Program-made: the position numbers and the translations under genes | Shown here: piece after piece, positions 32,551-43,595 of the stretch | Numbering within the stretch: the first letter of the stretch is position 1 | How the letters are laid out: every line of letters starts with the position of its first letter | From: an uncultured Rivularia sp. | GTDB lineage: Bacteria; Cyanobacteriota; Cyanobacteriia; Cyanobacteriales; Nostocaceae | Assembly (NCBI GenBank): GCA_963665115.1 | Contig: OY762007.1 | Coordinates: 7,296,001 to 7,360,000 of the forward strand | DNA length: 64,000 nucleotides | Direction of reading: 5' to 3' | The notes under the pieces: model-generated | The model's input: only the letters and a program-made list of their open reading frames with translations | Databases searched by the model: none | Told to the model about the DNA's origin: nothing

Positions 32551-33096
32551 TCACTCAACCCCGCGCAATTTCCGAGTATTCTCAACCAAACTCTGGGCAA
32601 ATTTATCTAAGCGCTGAGACAATTTTTCGTCTAAAATTTTACCTTCTTTATCGAAGGCTTTCCAAGCTTGTCCAATGGCAATTTGTTCGGGAATCACCCA
32701 AGCGTGTACCCAGCGCATGACGACGCGGATTTGATTGAGTGAGTTACTGTTGGATTGCCCGCCTAATATGCTTATACTTCCAACAACTTTATCGGACAAT
32801 TCTTCAAAGCTCATCAAGTCTAAAGCGTTTTTCAATACGCCACTGATTCCACCATGATATTCTGGTGTCGCTAAAATCAACCCGTCGGCTTGCTTAACTG
32901 TCTCCTGCAATCGCTTCACGTCTGGATGCTCTGGATACTCGTCTCCCCCATCACAAAATGGTAAATTCATCTGCCTCAAATCCAGTATTTCTACCTCGGC
33001 ACCAAAGGCTTCGACTCTTTGCGCTGCTATACTCAAAGCTTGATGAGTATAAGATTCGGCTCTTAGACTGCCAGCGATTCCAACTATCTTAACCAT
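32551..33096 (-). CDS. NADPH-dependent FMN reductase
   Basis: GSLRAESYT, TPEYHGGISGVLKNALD. Confidence 0.92.
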   Translation of the reverse strand: MVKIVGIAGSLRAESYTHQALSIAAQRVEAFGAEVEILDLRQMNLPFCDGGDEYPEHPDVKRLQETVKQADGLILATPEYHGGISGVLKNALDLMSFEELSDKVVGSISILGGQSNSNSLNQIRVVMRWVHAWVIPEQIAIGQAWKAFDKEGKILDEKLSQRLDKFAQSLVENTRKLRGVE

Positions 33097-33472
33097 GCTT
33101 CCTCTCTAATTCCTGACGCTACTTAAATAAATACTTTTTTGTTATAATTAACTTGAAGTCATTACGGCTATGAGTATGTTAGCGATTAATGATTTATAGT
33201 GTCAAATAGTTGTTTTTATGACAATTAGGTGTTATGGCGAACGGTAATTATGGATCGAAAATGTGTAAAAATAGTTACTATAAGATGTATTGATTATAAA
33301 AGTTTGAAGTATGCGTCCTGAAAAGTTGGCGATCGGATGAAAAAAATGGGAAACGTATTTTTTTTGTAGAAGCTACACTTTTATTATTGAGAATACAATT
33401 ATTTGCATTGTTGAAGACTACGGACATTAAAATTAACCCCACCTTACGGCAACAGACAAAGGGCAACTATCT

Positions 33473-35374
33473 ATGATTAATTTTGACAAAAAAGCGTTAA
33501 CTAAACATTCAACTCTCAAGGGTAAAGTTCTTTGTGGGTTGCTCTCTGCCAGTTTGCTGTTGTCAGGAGCTTTGGGTGGAACGCAAGCCTTAGCGCAGCA
33601 GAAAAAGGAAAGCAACGATTTAAGCTATGGGGATTTGCTTTATAAAATTGAGCAAGGTGAAGTCAAGCGAGTAGAGCTTGATGAAGCCGAGCGGATAGGC
33701 AATGTATATTTAGCGGAAAAAGATTCCGACAAACCCAAGCAGGTTAAGCTTCTCGATGACAACCGGGAGTTAATCGATCAGCTAAGAGACAATAAAGTTG
33801 AATTTGGGGAAATTAATTCTGAGAATAGTAGGGTAGCTGTTTCTTTGTTATTCAACTTAATGTGGATTTTGCCCTTGGTTGCTTTGATGCTGCTATTTTT
33901 GCGTCGTACAGCCAATACATCTTCGCAAGCGATGAATTTTGGTAAATCTAAAGCTCGTTTCCAGATAGAAGCCAAAACTGGGATTAAATTTGATGATGTA
34001 GCGGGGATAGAAGAAGCCAAGGAAGAACTTGGTGAAGTTGTAACTTTCCTCAAGCAGCCAGAGAAATTTACTGCTGTTGGCGCAAGAATTCCCAAAGGTG
34101 TATTATTGGTTGGTCCTCCGGGAACTGGTAAAACTTTACTTGCAAAGGCGATCGCCGGAGAAGCGGGAGTTCCTTTCTTTAGTATTTCTGGTTCGGAATT
34201 TGTGGAAATGTTCGTGGGTGTTGGTGCTTCACGGGTTAGGGATTTATTTAAGAAAGCCAAAGAAAACGCACCTTGCTTGATATTTATCGACGAAATTGAC
34301 GCTGTAGGAAGACAGCGTGGAGCCGGTATCGGTGGTGGTAATGACGAGCGCGAGCAAACCTTAAACCAACTGCTTACGGAGATGGATGGTTTTGAAGGTA
34401 ACAACGGAATTATTATCATTGCAGCGACAAACCGCCCTGACGTACTGGATGCAGCGCTTTTACGTCCCGGACGTTTTGACAGACAGGTGATTGTTGATGC
34501 ACCAGATCGTAAAGGACGTTTGTCAATTTTACAAGTTCACGCTCGCAATAAGAAAATGGACTCTTCAGTTTCTTTAGAAGTTATAGCTCGTCGTACTCCC
34601 GGTTTTACAGGAGCAGATTTAGCTAACCTTCTTAACGAAGCAGCTATTTTGACTGCGAGAAGACGTAAAGAAGCAATTACTCAGATAGAGATTGACGATG
34701 CGATCGATAGGTTAACTATCGGCTTAACTTTAAATCCGCTGTTGGATAGTAAGAAGAAGCGCTTGATTGCTTATCACGAAGTCGGCCACGCTTTATTAGC
34801 GACACTGTTGAAAAACTCAGATCCTTTAAATAAAGTTACAATTATTCCTCGTTCCGGTGGAGTTGGTGGCTTTTCCCAACAAACCCCCAATGAAGAGATA
34901 ATTGACAGTGGTTTGTATAGTAAAGCTTGGCTCAAAGATAATATTACCATGACACTGGGAGGAAGGGCATCAGAAGCCGAAGTGTTTGGTGATAAAGAAA
35001 TTACAGGTGGTGCTAGCAACGATTTGAAGCAAGTAACCAATCTAGCCAGGAAAATGGTCACAATGTTCGGGATGTCCAATTTAGGACTAGTAGCCTTAGA
35101 AAGTCAGAATAGAGACGTATTTTTGGGTGGTGATTGGGGGAATCGCAACGAGTATTCCGAAGACATGGCTACTCAAATTGATGCAAAAGTGCGAGAAATT
35201 GCTTTTTCCTGCTATCAAGAAGCGCGTCAAATTATGCGAGATAACCGGGCATTATTAGATCGTCTTGTCGATCTATTAATCGAACAAGAAACCATCGAAG
35301 GCGAACAGTTTCGTAAAATAGTTTCTGAATACACTGAGTTACCCGCAAAAAAATTAGTGACTAGTAGTTCGTAG
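33473..35374 (+). CDS. ftsH: ATP-dependent zinc metalloprotease FtsH
   Basis: [38 protein letters not shown]. Confidence 0.97.
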   Translation: MINFDKKALTKHSTLKGKVLCGLLSASLLLSGALGGTQALAQQKKESNDLSYGDLLYKIEQGEVKRVELDEAERIGNVYLAEKDSDKPKQVKLLDDNRELIDQLRDNKVEFGEINSENSRVAVSLLFNLMWILPLVALMLLFLRRTANTSSQAMNFGKSKARFQIEAKTGIKFDDVAGIEEAKEELGEVVTFLKQPEKFTAVGARIPKGVLLVGPPGTGKTLLAKAIAGEAGVPFFSISGSEFVEMFVGVGASRVRDLFKKAKENAPCLIFIDEIDAVGRQRGAGIGGGNDEREQTLNQLLTEMDGFEGNNGIIIIAATNRPDVLDAALLRPGRFDRQVIVDAPDRKGRLSILQVHARNKKMDSSVSLEVIARRTPGFTGADLANLLNEAAILTARRRKEAITQIEIDDAIDRLTIGLTLNPLLDSKKKRLIAYHEVGHALLATLLKNSDPLNKVTIIPRSGGVGGFSQQTPNEEIIDSGLYSKAWLKDNITMTLGGRASEAEVFGDKEITGGASNDLKQVTNLARKMVTMFGMSNLGLVALESQNRDVFLGGDWGNRNEYSEDMATQIDAKVREIAFSCYQEARQIMRDNRALLDRLVDLLIEQETIEGEQFRKIVSEYTELPAKKLVTSSS

Positions 35375-35482
35375 CCCTGGTTTTAAGCTCTTAATTCCAA
35401 GACTGAAGCCCTATTCAATGGAAGGTAAACGCATCTAAATTTTAAAGGTGCAGGTGCGACTTCAAACACCTGCACCATCGGT

Positions 35483-35514
35483 GCGATAGCGAAGCGCTGC
35501 TGCAAGCAGATCGC
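35483..35514. mobile_element. 24-nt small dispersed repeat in a HIP1 site
   Basis: GCGATAGCGAAGCGCTGCTGCAAGCAGATCGC; removing 24 nt restores GCGATCGC. Confidence 0.7.
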
Positions 35515-35728
35515 CCTACAGAAAATGCTGATCCGCTAATCTGTGGTAGCCTAAAAAAATCAGGATAGGGTTCAAAATGGTTCAAAATGAAACTGAAACC
35601 CTCGTAAGACTGTACTAAATGGGTACCGTTGTTTCTAGAATAATTTTCCTGTAGCTTATCTTTAAGTTAGGAATTAGCAATGCCGCAGTTATTATACCTT
35701 TGATCTTTAACCTCTAACCTTTGACCTG

Positions 35729-38473
35729 CTAATACCGTAAATTCAATTCTTGAAACGCTTCATCCGATTTGTGCAATTTCAACTCACCCGCAGGTTTCCC
35801 ATTAATCTGTAATTCATATTCCCCTTCTTGCAAGCCTTCTAAATAATAAACTCCCGCACCATTGGTAACGGAAAATTTTCGTATATCTTTTCCAACAGCT
35901 TCCACTCTTGTACCTGCTACTGCTTCACCTGTACTATCGGTAACAACTCCGGTGCGGGTGTAGGAACGGGTAAAGGGTATCATTATCGGCGTATAGCTAC
36001 CTGCTACAACGTCTACTGCTAAAGCATTTTTACTGGTATGCCAATCTAGGGGAAAACCAGCCGAATCCAAGTCTAGACGATAGCTTCCAGGTGGCAGACG
36101 AACTGTAATTCGGTCGCTTTTTACTTGCGATCGCCATCTTTTGATTGATTTATTATTCACCATTAACAGTAAGTCGGAATTATCTGTATAAATCTTTTCG
36201 CCGGAATCTCTTTTACCGTTATTATTACTGTCTAAAAACGGTTTAATTGTCAAACCACCTTGAGTGCGAAAGTATTTTGAACGTCTATCTCCTGGGCGAA
36301 TTCCCTGCTGTAAGTTCAATCCCGAAACCAAATTTATACTGAAGCTAGAATCATTTCTGGTTAAAGATATACCTTGATAGCGTCCTTGCAGCATAATACC
36401 GGGTAAAACCGTAGTGCCTAATGTTGCAACTAAGCCGTTACCTTGGGAACCCAAACCGTAACCTAACTCAGCTTGCCACAGATAATTACCGTCAAAAGCG
36501 CGTTGTGGCGAACGATACCGCCAGCCAAGAGTAAGTAAGTTGTTGCTATTACTGTTATTGCTGTGGGTATTGTAATTTAAAAGTAAAGAGCTTCCGGTAT
36601 TGGAATATCCAGCGCTAGATAAATTATAAGCAAATTCTGAAGAGGTACCGATTTCATTTCCCCGAAGATTTAATCCCAGCTTTCCAAGACGCTGTAATAA
36701 ATTCCATCGCAAATTGCTGTCGGTATCCAAACTAGCACGAGCAAAAGTATAGGAATTTCTACCGCTAAAGTTAAACTGCAATCCTCCCTCTGCTGGGTTA
36801 CGGCTAGAAGTATTAGCGAACAAACTTAAACCCGACGATACCCGCCAATTTACGTTAAAACGATTAGAAAGGCGATCGCTAGTAAATGATGCAATTAAAT
36901 CATTTGATGGTTGGTAGCGAATATTTGAAATTACATCTATTCCGTCACCCGCTAAAGCTGAAACCGCGACTTGTAAGGGAATATTTTTAGGACGATAAAA
37001 TAATTCTGCCAACCCTTTCAAAGACTCATCGTAAACTCCTCCGAATCCTAGAGTAAGATTTTCCGACACACCCAAACGTCTAGCAATACCGCCACGAAAT
37101 TCAGAGAAATTGCCCAATAAACTATCATTTACCGAAAAATCTCGCTGCAAACCACCAGAAACAACCCAAGCAGAAGCACCAGCAGGAATTTGTCCCGGTA
37201 CTGTGGTAAAAGTAGCATCGCGAATTTCTGGTTGTGCTGTTAATCTTCCTTGGGGATAAAGAAAAACGCGGTAGTTACCATATCCCCTTTGAGTGGTGAT
37301 ATTTTCAAAGCGGTAAATTTCAGAAGAATCAACCAAAACTTCCGCAATAACGTTATTACCAAAACCCTGCACCAACCGAACCAAAGTACCGGCTTCCGCT
37401 CTACCAGTTACAGTACGTCCGATTTTATCCGCTTGCAATCGCTGACGAGGATCTGAAGTACCACCAAAAGTTTGCGGAGGCTCAAATCCCTGACGTTGAA
37501 TAAAAGTCAAACCCCAATATTCTCCACCAGTTCCCAATCGTTGCCAAAAACTTGGTTGAGAACCCATAAAATAATCTGTTTTATCGGTTTGTCGTAAATA
37601 CTGTGCTTCCGAAATCTTCCAGCTTCCTCCATCCCATAAATCAGGTTGATTCGCACGTACAAACCACGAGCCATCAAAAGCCGTACCCACAGCTTGAAAA
37701 TCACCTCTAAAATTTGTCGAACCATTTCCGCTACCGCTAGCATCTATCCTTTGTTCGACTGCTGCAATATTCAAACTTCCCGGTTGAAAGCGCGGTAAAC
37801 CATCTAATATAACTGGAATTTCAGCTTGTCCGATTCTATTATTTCTTCTATTGAGCCAGGGTACATCAAAGACAACTGCATAATCCTCAATATCAAACTT
37901 TGCACTTACCCCAAATAACCTTTGTAAATCTGCAATTGAAAATACTAACCCTAATTCCGAGTCATTGCGAAGCTTTTCGGGATTGATACGAGTGACAATT
38001 CCCGGAGAGCGAACTTCCAACTGTCCGTCTGGTAAAGTTGTTACGTTCAACTTCAAAACTTGAATTACCGCATCATAAGGTAAAAGCCAGTCTTGAAAAT
38101 CAATTGCTTGCGAACCATCTTCATTTCCCCGTATCAAAACACCCGCTTTCACGTTGCGCTTGCCGATATTTAAACCTACAGGAAAAGTAGTGAAATTAGA
38201 TGAAGCGACATTTATCGGAGTATCGGGGGAAATTAAAGGTTTTTCCGCATTAATTTTATCTTTTAATCGTAAATTACGATAATTTTTTGTATTTTCGGCT
38301 TTACTTTGCCTGAATGTTTTAATTAAATCGTTAGAACTTTTATTTGTGCGTTCGAGATTTGTTCCTGTATCTTTTAGCTCCGAATTATTAACAGTTGATT
38401 GAGCAATTGCTTTCGGAACTATGTTAAAAGTGGCAATATAAATAAACGCTGACAGCCAATATAGTTTTTGCAT
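35729..38473 (-). CDS. Usher-like outer-membrane beta-barrel protein with C-terminal Ig/carboxypeptidase-regulatory-like domains (ORF open to 38515)
   Basis: Signal peptide (..PKAIAQ), extensive amphipathic beta-strands, FLDSNNNGKRDSGE, TNGAGVYYLEGL; adjacent to pilin-like and chaperone genes. Confidence 0.7.
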   Translation of the reverse strand: MQKLYWLSAFIYIATFNIVPKAIAQSTVNNSELKDTGTNLERTNKSSNDLIKTFRQSKAENTKNYRNLRLKDKINAEKPLISPDTPINVASSNFTTFPVGLNIGKRNVKAGVLIRGNEDGSQAIDFQDWLLPYDAVIQVLKLNVTTLPDGQLEVRSPGIVTRINPEKLRNDSELGLVFSIADLQRLFGVSAKFDIEDYAVVFDVPWLNRRNNRIGQAEIPVILDGLPRFQPGSLNIAAVEQRIDASGSGNGSTNFRGDFQAVGTAFDGSWFVRANQPDLWDGGSWKISEAQYLRQTDKTDYFMGSQPSFWQRLGTGGEYWGLTFIQRQGFEPPQTFGGTSDPRQRLQADKIGRTVTGRAEAGTLVRLVQGFGNNVIAEVLVDSSEIYRFENITTQRGYGNYRVFLYPQGRLTAQPEIRDATFTTVPGQIPAGASAWVVSGGLQRDFSVNDSLLGNFSEFRGGIARRLGVSENLTLGFGGVYDESLKGLAELFYRPKNIPLQVAVSALAGDGIDVISNIRYQPSNDLIASFTSDRLSNRFNVNWRVSSGLSLFANTSSRNPAEGGLQFNFSGRNSYTFARASLDTDSNLRWNLLQRLGKLGLNLRGNEIGTSSEFAYNLSSAGYSNTGSSLLLNYNTHSNNSNSNNLLTLGWRYRSPQRAFDGNYLWQAELGYGLGSQGNGLVATLGTTVLPGIMLQGRYQGISLTRNDSSFSINLVSGLNLQQGIRPGDRRSKYFRTQGGLTIKPFLDSNNNGKRDSGEKIYTDNSDLLLMVNNKSIKRWRSQVKSDRITVRLPPGSYRLDLDSAGFPLDWHTSKNALAVDVVAGSYTPIMIPFTRSYTRTGVVTDSTGEAVAGTRVEAVGKDIRKFSVTNGAGVYYLEGLQEGEYELQINGKPAGELKLHKSDEAFQELNLRY

Positions 38474-38916
38474 TGAAAGGTTGAATAATAAATTTATTAA
38501 TGATTGTTTTTTCACCTCTCGAATTTTAGATTACGAGAGTAATTTTATTTAAGTAGCTGTAATTGTACAGAAACAGAATTACTATTAACTCCAGTAATAT
38601 CAGCGACTCATTTATAGCAACTTTATAATCGAATGATATCCGTAAAATCCGCAATTGTGCCGTCTAACAACAGAATAACAGTGCATTCGCTATACTTTTA
38701 ATCAAAATATGTTTGCGTAATCTTGCTGAAGACAAATTTAGTTTATCAAAGCCATGATTTTTAATAGCGAAGGGTTTATTGCCGTCGTGGCTGAGAAGAT
38801 AAAAGCTTCCTTTATTAACAATTAATTTTGATTTATTCAAAGTGAATTAAGCAAAGTAAAGCTGTTAGTTTCTCAGTTTCAATTGATTAATGAATTTTCA
38901 CTTACGGGAGATATTT

Positions 38917-39489
38917 ATGATTCGTCGTTTAGCTTTAACTGCTGGTTTTGCTATTCTAGGTGCTGTAGCTTTTGCACCTAATGTTCAAGCTCAGACAGCT
39001 GATGCTCAACCTCAGACAGCAACAGCATCTGAGACAGTTCCATTTTCAGGTACTGTTGGTTCAGCTTGTACGTTTACTAATACTCAACCTGGTACCCTTG
39101 AAGCACCTGGAGCTACTCCGACATTTATTGCAGGCAATGTTGGTGTTTTCTCCGAAGGTAATGGAACAGCCGGTCAAACCACAGTGAACTGTAGTGGTGG
39201 CGGCTCATTAACAGTTGCTCAACCTAATCCAATAAACGTTCCACCCGGCTTTAATCCAGCTGTAACGCAAGCAATTATTGCTGTTACTACCGATACAGCA
39301 CCATATACCAGCAGTCCTGGTCCGAGATTTGATGGTGGCTCGTGGAGTCAAGTTCAGGCTTCTTTAACCATCCCCACAGGACAAGATCTTCCCCTTCAAG
39401 TAGGTATGATTGCGGGTGAGAGAAATGGTTCAGTTATACCTTCTGGTATCTATGAATATGAAGTAACCTTAACCGCTACTCCCAACTAG
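38917..39489 (+). CDS. Csu/spore-coat-U-like major pilin
   Basis: Signal peptide, donor-strand-like ETVPFSGTVGSAC, second Cys (TVNCSG), C-terminal GIYEYEVTLTATPN. Confidence 0.75.
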   Translation: MIRRLALTAGFAILGAVAFAPNVQAQTADAQPQTATASETVPFSGTVGSACTFTNTQPGTLEAPGATPTFIAGNVGVFSEGNGTAGQTTVNCSGGGSLTVAQPNPINVPPGFNPAVTQAIIAVTTDTAPYTSSPGPRFDGGSWSQVQASLTIPTGQDLPLQVGMIAGERNGSVIPSGIYEYEVTLTATPN

Positions 39490-39589
39490 CTTTTTAGTTT
39501 TAGTTTTTAGCTAAATCTTTCCAAACAAAAAAGGAACCAAATCAAACAAGATAATGGCTCCTCCGTAGAATCGAATTTCACTTTTAATC

Positions 39590-39625
39590 AATCGGTTGGT
39601 AGAGCCTGCAAGCTTCCAGCCGATT
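39590..39625 (+). terminator. Hairpin between pilin and chaperone genes
   Basis: AATCGGTTGG..CCAGCCGATT. Confidence 0.45.
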
Positions 39626-39700
39626 TACTTAGTATATTCCGATATATTTTAATATCTTTTTCGCTTCTGTAAAATTACCCATCACCTATTTAAACTATCA

Positions 39701-40528
39701 ATGAATTTTGCTTCCATCAGGAAATTTTCATTATCTCTAAGTAGCGTCTTGCTATCTAGCTTCTTACTGTCGGGAATCGCCAAAGCAAATATTTCTATTT
39801 CCCCGATGGTGGTTGAAACTGAAGCCAAACGGGGACAAGCACAAGGTAGAATTACTGTATCTAACCCAAATTCTCAAAATTTCCGCGCTCGGGTTTACAC
39901 TTCACCTTTCACCTACGATAAAGAAACCGGATTTAAGACTTTATCTAAAAGTCCCACAGATTTAACACCTTACCTACAATTTTCTCCCAGAGAGTTACAA
40001 GTAGGTGCATCAAGCAAGCGGAATATTCGTTTTATCGTGCGTTTTCCGCCCAGTTTACCCGATGGCGAATATCGTACAATGATTTTTACAGAAAACTTGC
40101 AAAGAGGAACGGTAACAGAAACCGATTCTAAAACCAACGTCACCCTTCAAACTAATATTATTCCTCGTATCGGCGTAGCTTTGTACGTTCGTAAAGGCGA
40201 TGTTTCACCAAATTTAATTCCCGACAGCGCCAGATTTGATCCAAAAACCAACAAAATCCAGCTATTAGTTAGCAACAAAGGTAAAGCATCTGCAATATTA
40301 GCCGGAGATTGGCAGTTAAAGAAAGGGAAAGAAGTAATTCAAAAAGGAAATATCTCTGATACAACCGTTTTAGCTGAAGGAGAGCGTTATCTTACCGCGA
40401 AATCTTTAAATAAAGATCGGTCGAAATTAGCACCGGGAGAGTATCAGTTAAGTGGTGAATTAGGATGGGGAGTAAATAAGAAAGAGCGGATTCCTTTTAA
40501 CGTTAAATTGATGATTCCTACAAGATAG
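39701..40528 (+). CDS. PapD-like periplasmic pilus chaperone
   Basis: Signal peptide, ISISPMVVE, FSPREL..G...NIRF, GEYRTMIF, RIGVALYVR, VSNKGKAS. Confidence 0.8.
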   Translation: MNFASIRKFSLSLSSVLLSSFLLSGIAKANISISPMVVETEAKRGQAQGRITVSNPNSQNFRARVYTSPFTYDKETGFKTLSKSPTDLTPYLQFSPRELQVGASSKRNIRFIVRFPPSLPDGEYRTMIFTENLQRGTVTETDSKTNVTLQTNIIPRIGVALYVRKGDVSPNLIPDSARFDPKTNKIQLLVSNKGKASAILAGDWQLKKGKEVIQKGNISDTTVLAEGERYLTAKSLNKDRSKLAPGEYQLSGELGWGVNKKERIPFNVKLMIPTR

Positions 40529-40547
40529 GTCATAAATTGAATTGATT

Positions 40548-40680
40548 TACAGCACTTTGCAGGTATATGAGGTACATTTCCCTACTCCCTACTCCTTACT
40601 CCCTACTCCCTACTCCCTACTCCCTACTCCCTACTTCCTCTAGAAACGATGTGTACCTCACTTAAATGAAATCTGCTGTA
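40548..40680. mobile_element. MITE, copy of 18013-18116 with a longer internal (CCCTACT)n
   Basis: Same TIRs and TA ends. Confidence 0.8.
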
Positions 40681-40842
40681 TGTCCTTCGGACACGCTGAG
40701 CCGCACGCTCCGCGTGAACGCTAACGTGTCTAACCCAACCTACTCGAACTAACAATAAATAATCAACCTCACCCCAACCCTCTCCTTGTTAAGGAGAGGG
40801 AGAGATTTACCTTTTTGTAAAGCGAGGGTGAGGTTTCATGGT

Positions 40843-41283
40843 TCACTGCGGCGTAATTGTCACGCTAAGATTCACTGCATAATTATAAGTTCCTGGGGTA
40901 AACGAAACCGGACGTTCTACCCGCAATCCTGCTTCTAAGTTTGTATTGCCAGTAGGTAAAGTTGCTGTAGCATTATTCCTATCGCTTCTAAGATCATTTG
41001 AGCCAAATTTTAAGAATCCTATTCTTTTTGTACCACCTGGATCTTCTGAAGGAGCGGATACTAAATTGGGTGATAAAACTGTAATTTGAGCAGTGGTGTT
41101 AGGGGGAACGTTGACATTAATATTGGCAGGCACTACCGACTCCAAAACTTTCAAATCTCCTCCCGATGTCTCAATAACACCTGGGCTGACATTGCTGAAT
41201 TTCACTTCAGCTAATGCGCTTGGAACAAAATTAGTAAAATTGGTCAGTAATAATCCCGAAGCGATCGCCAAACGGTACAACAT
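40843..41283 (-). CDS. Secreted small beta protein, possible minor pilin
   Basis: Signal peptide (..PSALA); C-terminal PGTYNYAVNLSVTITPQ resembles the pilin C-terminus. Confidence 0.65.
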   Translation of the reverse strand: MLYRLAIASGLLLTNFTNFVPSALAEVKFSNVSPGVIETSGGDLKVLESVVPANINVNVPPNTTAQITVLSPNLVSAPSEDPGGTKRIGFLKFGSNDLRSDRNNATATLPTGNTNLEAGLRVERPVSFTPGTYNYAVNLSVTITPQ

Positions 41284-41598
41284 TACAAATAGCCTAGTAA
41301 ATCTACGCCGATTTTTATCGGTATGTCGATTCTTTTGTAGCTATTTATTCTTAGAATGCACTTCCGCGATATTACTTAAATTTTACTGACTTACCATAGT
41401 TACAGTAACCTTATAGATATAAGTTACTGGAGCAAACACTCGATTCTGCTTTAATAACATATCCACTTCTACAGTATTCTTACCCGCAGAAAGAATCACA
41501 TTATTACCGCTAATTTGACTTTTCAGCTAAGGTAATTTGATTTGAGATAGCAGTAAATACCATTGTCAAATAGAAGGCTGAAGCTGCACGGTTAAGCA

Positions 41599-41701
41599 TA
41601 AGCTGATGTGCAGCTAAATTGTATAAAACAAAATTTGGTAATTATTGTAGTGCGGGCATCTTGCCCGCTAATACTATACAAATTAAGTGCGTAACAACTT
41701 A
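41599..41701. mobile_element. MITE, inverted copy of 10826-10953 without the nested insert
   Basis: Same TIRs; intact GCGGGCATCTTGCCCGC hairpin. Confidence 0.75.
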
Positions 41702-41872
41702 ATAATTAGTTTATCGCTCTTGGTGAGTTTAAGTAACATCACAAACAAAATAATATTACTTAAACTCGCCGATTAACTGCACCAAAATTACCTAAATTCA
41801 ATTAAAACAATCAAGATACAATAAACGATAGCTTCTTTTTCTCTTCCCTATTACCCATTACCAATTACCAGA

Positions 41873-42511
41873 TTAAAATACCTGTTCCAACTTCTTAAAA
41901 TCGCGCTGCACCTCATTCATTAAAGACTTATTTTTAGGGTCGGTTTTCAAAGCCTTTTTAAGATAAATCCTTGCCTTAAGCAACTGTTTCTCAGCAATTA
42001 ATGCCCTTCCCCAAAGCTGATATGATATTGCTAACCACTGCCGTACTTCAGCATCATGAGGCAAACGCTCTGCTAAAGCTTCTGCTAATGCAATGGCTTG
42101 CGGGAAACGTCTTTCCTTGAGAAATGTCTGTAGCTGTTCGTAAGTCTTCCACTTTAACCGTCGCTCAATTTCTGCAACATGAGGAGGTTTCGGTTTTGGC
42201 TGCTGTGGCGATTGTGATGGTACCTTCTGTACTTTTTGCTGCCGTGTCTCCTTAACCCGCGTCGATTGTTTTTGCGGCGTTTCAACAGCTTGCGACACGT
42301 TTCTATGTGAATTATCTTCGGTCTGCGGTATAACTTGCAACAGCAGTTTGTATGCCTCAGTTAAAGCAATAAACTTTTCCTTAGCTCTTTCATCATCCGG
42401 GTTAATATCGGGATGATACTGCTGTGCAAGTCGGCGATAAGACGATTTAATATCGGGAAAAGAAGCTCCCGACCTTAAACCCAATAAACGGTAGCAATCT
42501 AAAAGATCCAT
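41873..42511 (-). CDS. J-domain protein with C-terminal TPR
   Basis: YHPDIN J-domain; TPR-like helices ending ALKTDPKN. Confidence 0.9.
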   Translation of the reverse strand: MDLLDCYRLLGLRSGASFPDIKSSYRRLAQQYHPDINPDDERAKEKFIALTEAYKLLLQVIPQTEDNSHRNVSQAVETPQKQSTRVKETRQQKVQKVPSQSPQQPKPKPPHVAEIERRLKWKTYEQLQTFLKERRFPQAIALAEALAERLPHDAEVRQWLAISYQLWGRALIAEKQLLKARIYLKKALKTDPKNKSLMNEVQRDFKKLEQVF

Positions 42512-42798
42512 TTTGAGCTATCAGAAGCACTTTTAACAGCTATCAGCTTACTTAATTATTAAAATTATTCAAGTAAGTGACTGATTATATTACATTTCCA
42601 GCTAATTGCTGAAGCCATTAATGATAAAGACTAAATTTTAAATTTAAAGTTCATCGCGCACAAGTGAGCAGTTCAAAGGTCAAAGGTTAGAGGTTAGAGG
42701 TCAAAGGGGAGAAATTAGGAAAAGAGCAAGACCCAAATAATCAATGAGAAGTAAAGAGTCTTAAACTTTGACCTTTAACCTTTGACCTTTAACTTGAC

Positions 42799-43395
42799 CT
42801 AAACTGGTCGTTCTTCAATCACTTTATCGATCAAGCCATATTCTCTGGCTTCTTCGGCTGACATGAAGAAGTCACGATCCATGTCTTTTTCGATTTTTTC
42901 GATTGATTGACCAGTATTGTTCGCGTAAATACCGTTTAGCTGATGGCGAATTCGGATGATTTCTTTGGCTTCGATTTCGATATCGGTTGCTTGCCCTCTT
43001 GTACCACCGGAAGGTTGGTGAATCATAATCCGCGAATGAGGTAATGCCAATCGCTTACCTTTGGTTCCACCACCTAACAGGAATGAACCCATTGAAGCTG
43101 CTAAACCAAGACATATTGTTACCACGTCAGACTTGATATGCTGCATGGTATCGTAAATCGCCAAGCCGGATGTTACAACGCCACCTGGTGAATTTATGTA
43201 CAGAAAAATATCTTTGCCTGGATCTTCGGAATCAAGGTATAACATGATAGCAATGATTTCGTTGGCTATCTGGTCGTTTACCTCATCACCTAAGAAGATA
43301 ATGCGATCGCGGGCGAGGCGAGTATAGATATTTACCCACTGAGTATACTGTTCCCCTGGTAGTTTATAAGGAACGCTAGGATAGCCTATCGGCAT
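42799..43395 (-). CDS. clpP: ATP-dependent Clp protease proteolytic subunit (ClpP3 type)
   Basis: YINSPGG, GLAASMG, RIMIHQP, MDRD. Confidence 0.95.
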   Translation of the reverse strand: MPIGYPSVPYKLPGEQYTQWVNIYTRLARDRIIFLGDEVNDQIANEIIAIMLYLDSEDPGKDIFLYINSPGGVVTSGLAIYDTMQHIKSDVVTICLGLAASMGSFLLGGGTKGKRLALPHSRIMIHQPSGGTRGQATDIEIEAKEIIRIRHQLNGIYANNTGQSIEKIEKDMDRDFFMSAEEAREYGLIDKVIEERPV

Positions 43396-43595
43396 ATTTT
43401 CGACTCCGTTTGTAATTAATTAGGATGAAAATCAAAGTTTAGAAGCTATACCGCAAGTGGGAATAATTTTCACATAGCAATAATTTATTCCTACCCCGAA
43501 GAAGCGATTAACTCTAAATTATTGCAGCGATAAACTGCTTAAAGGATGAACGATTAAATAAATCTCACCCTCTTGCTTAATCTCTACTTACTTGT

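Noticed and set aside
33778..34419. 213-aa antisense ORF in ftsH, and other long shadow ORFs (6014-6517, 26100-26495, 54315-54656, 62798-63172)
   Set aside because: Opposite-strand or alternate-frame shadows of well-supported genes, with no motifs of their own
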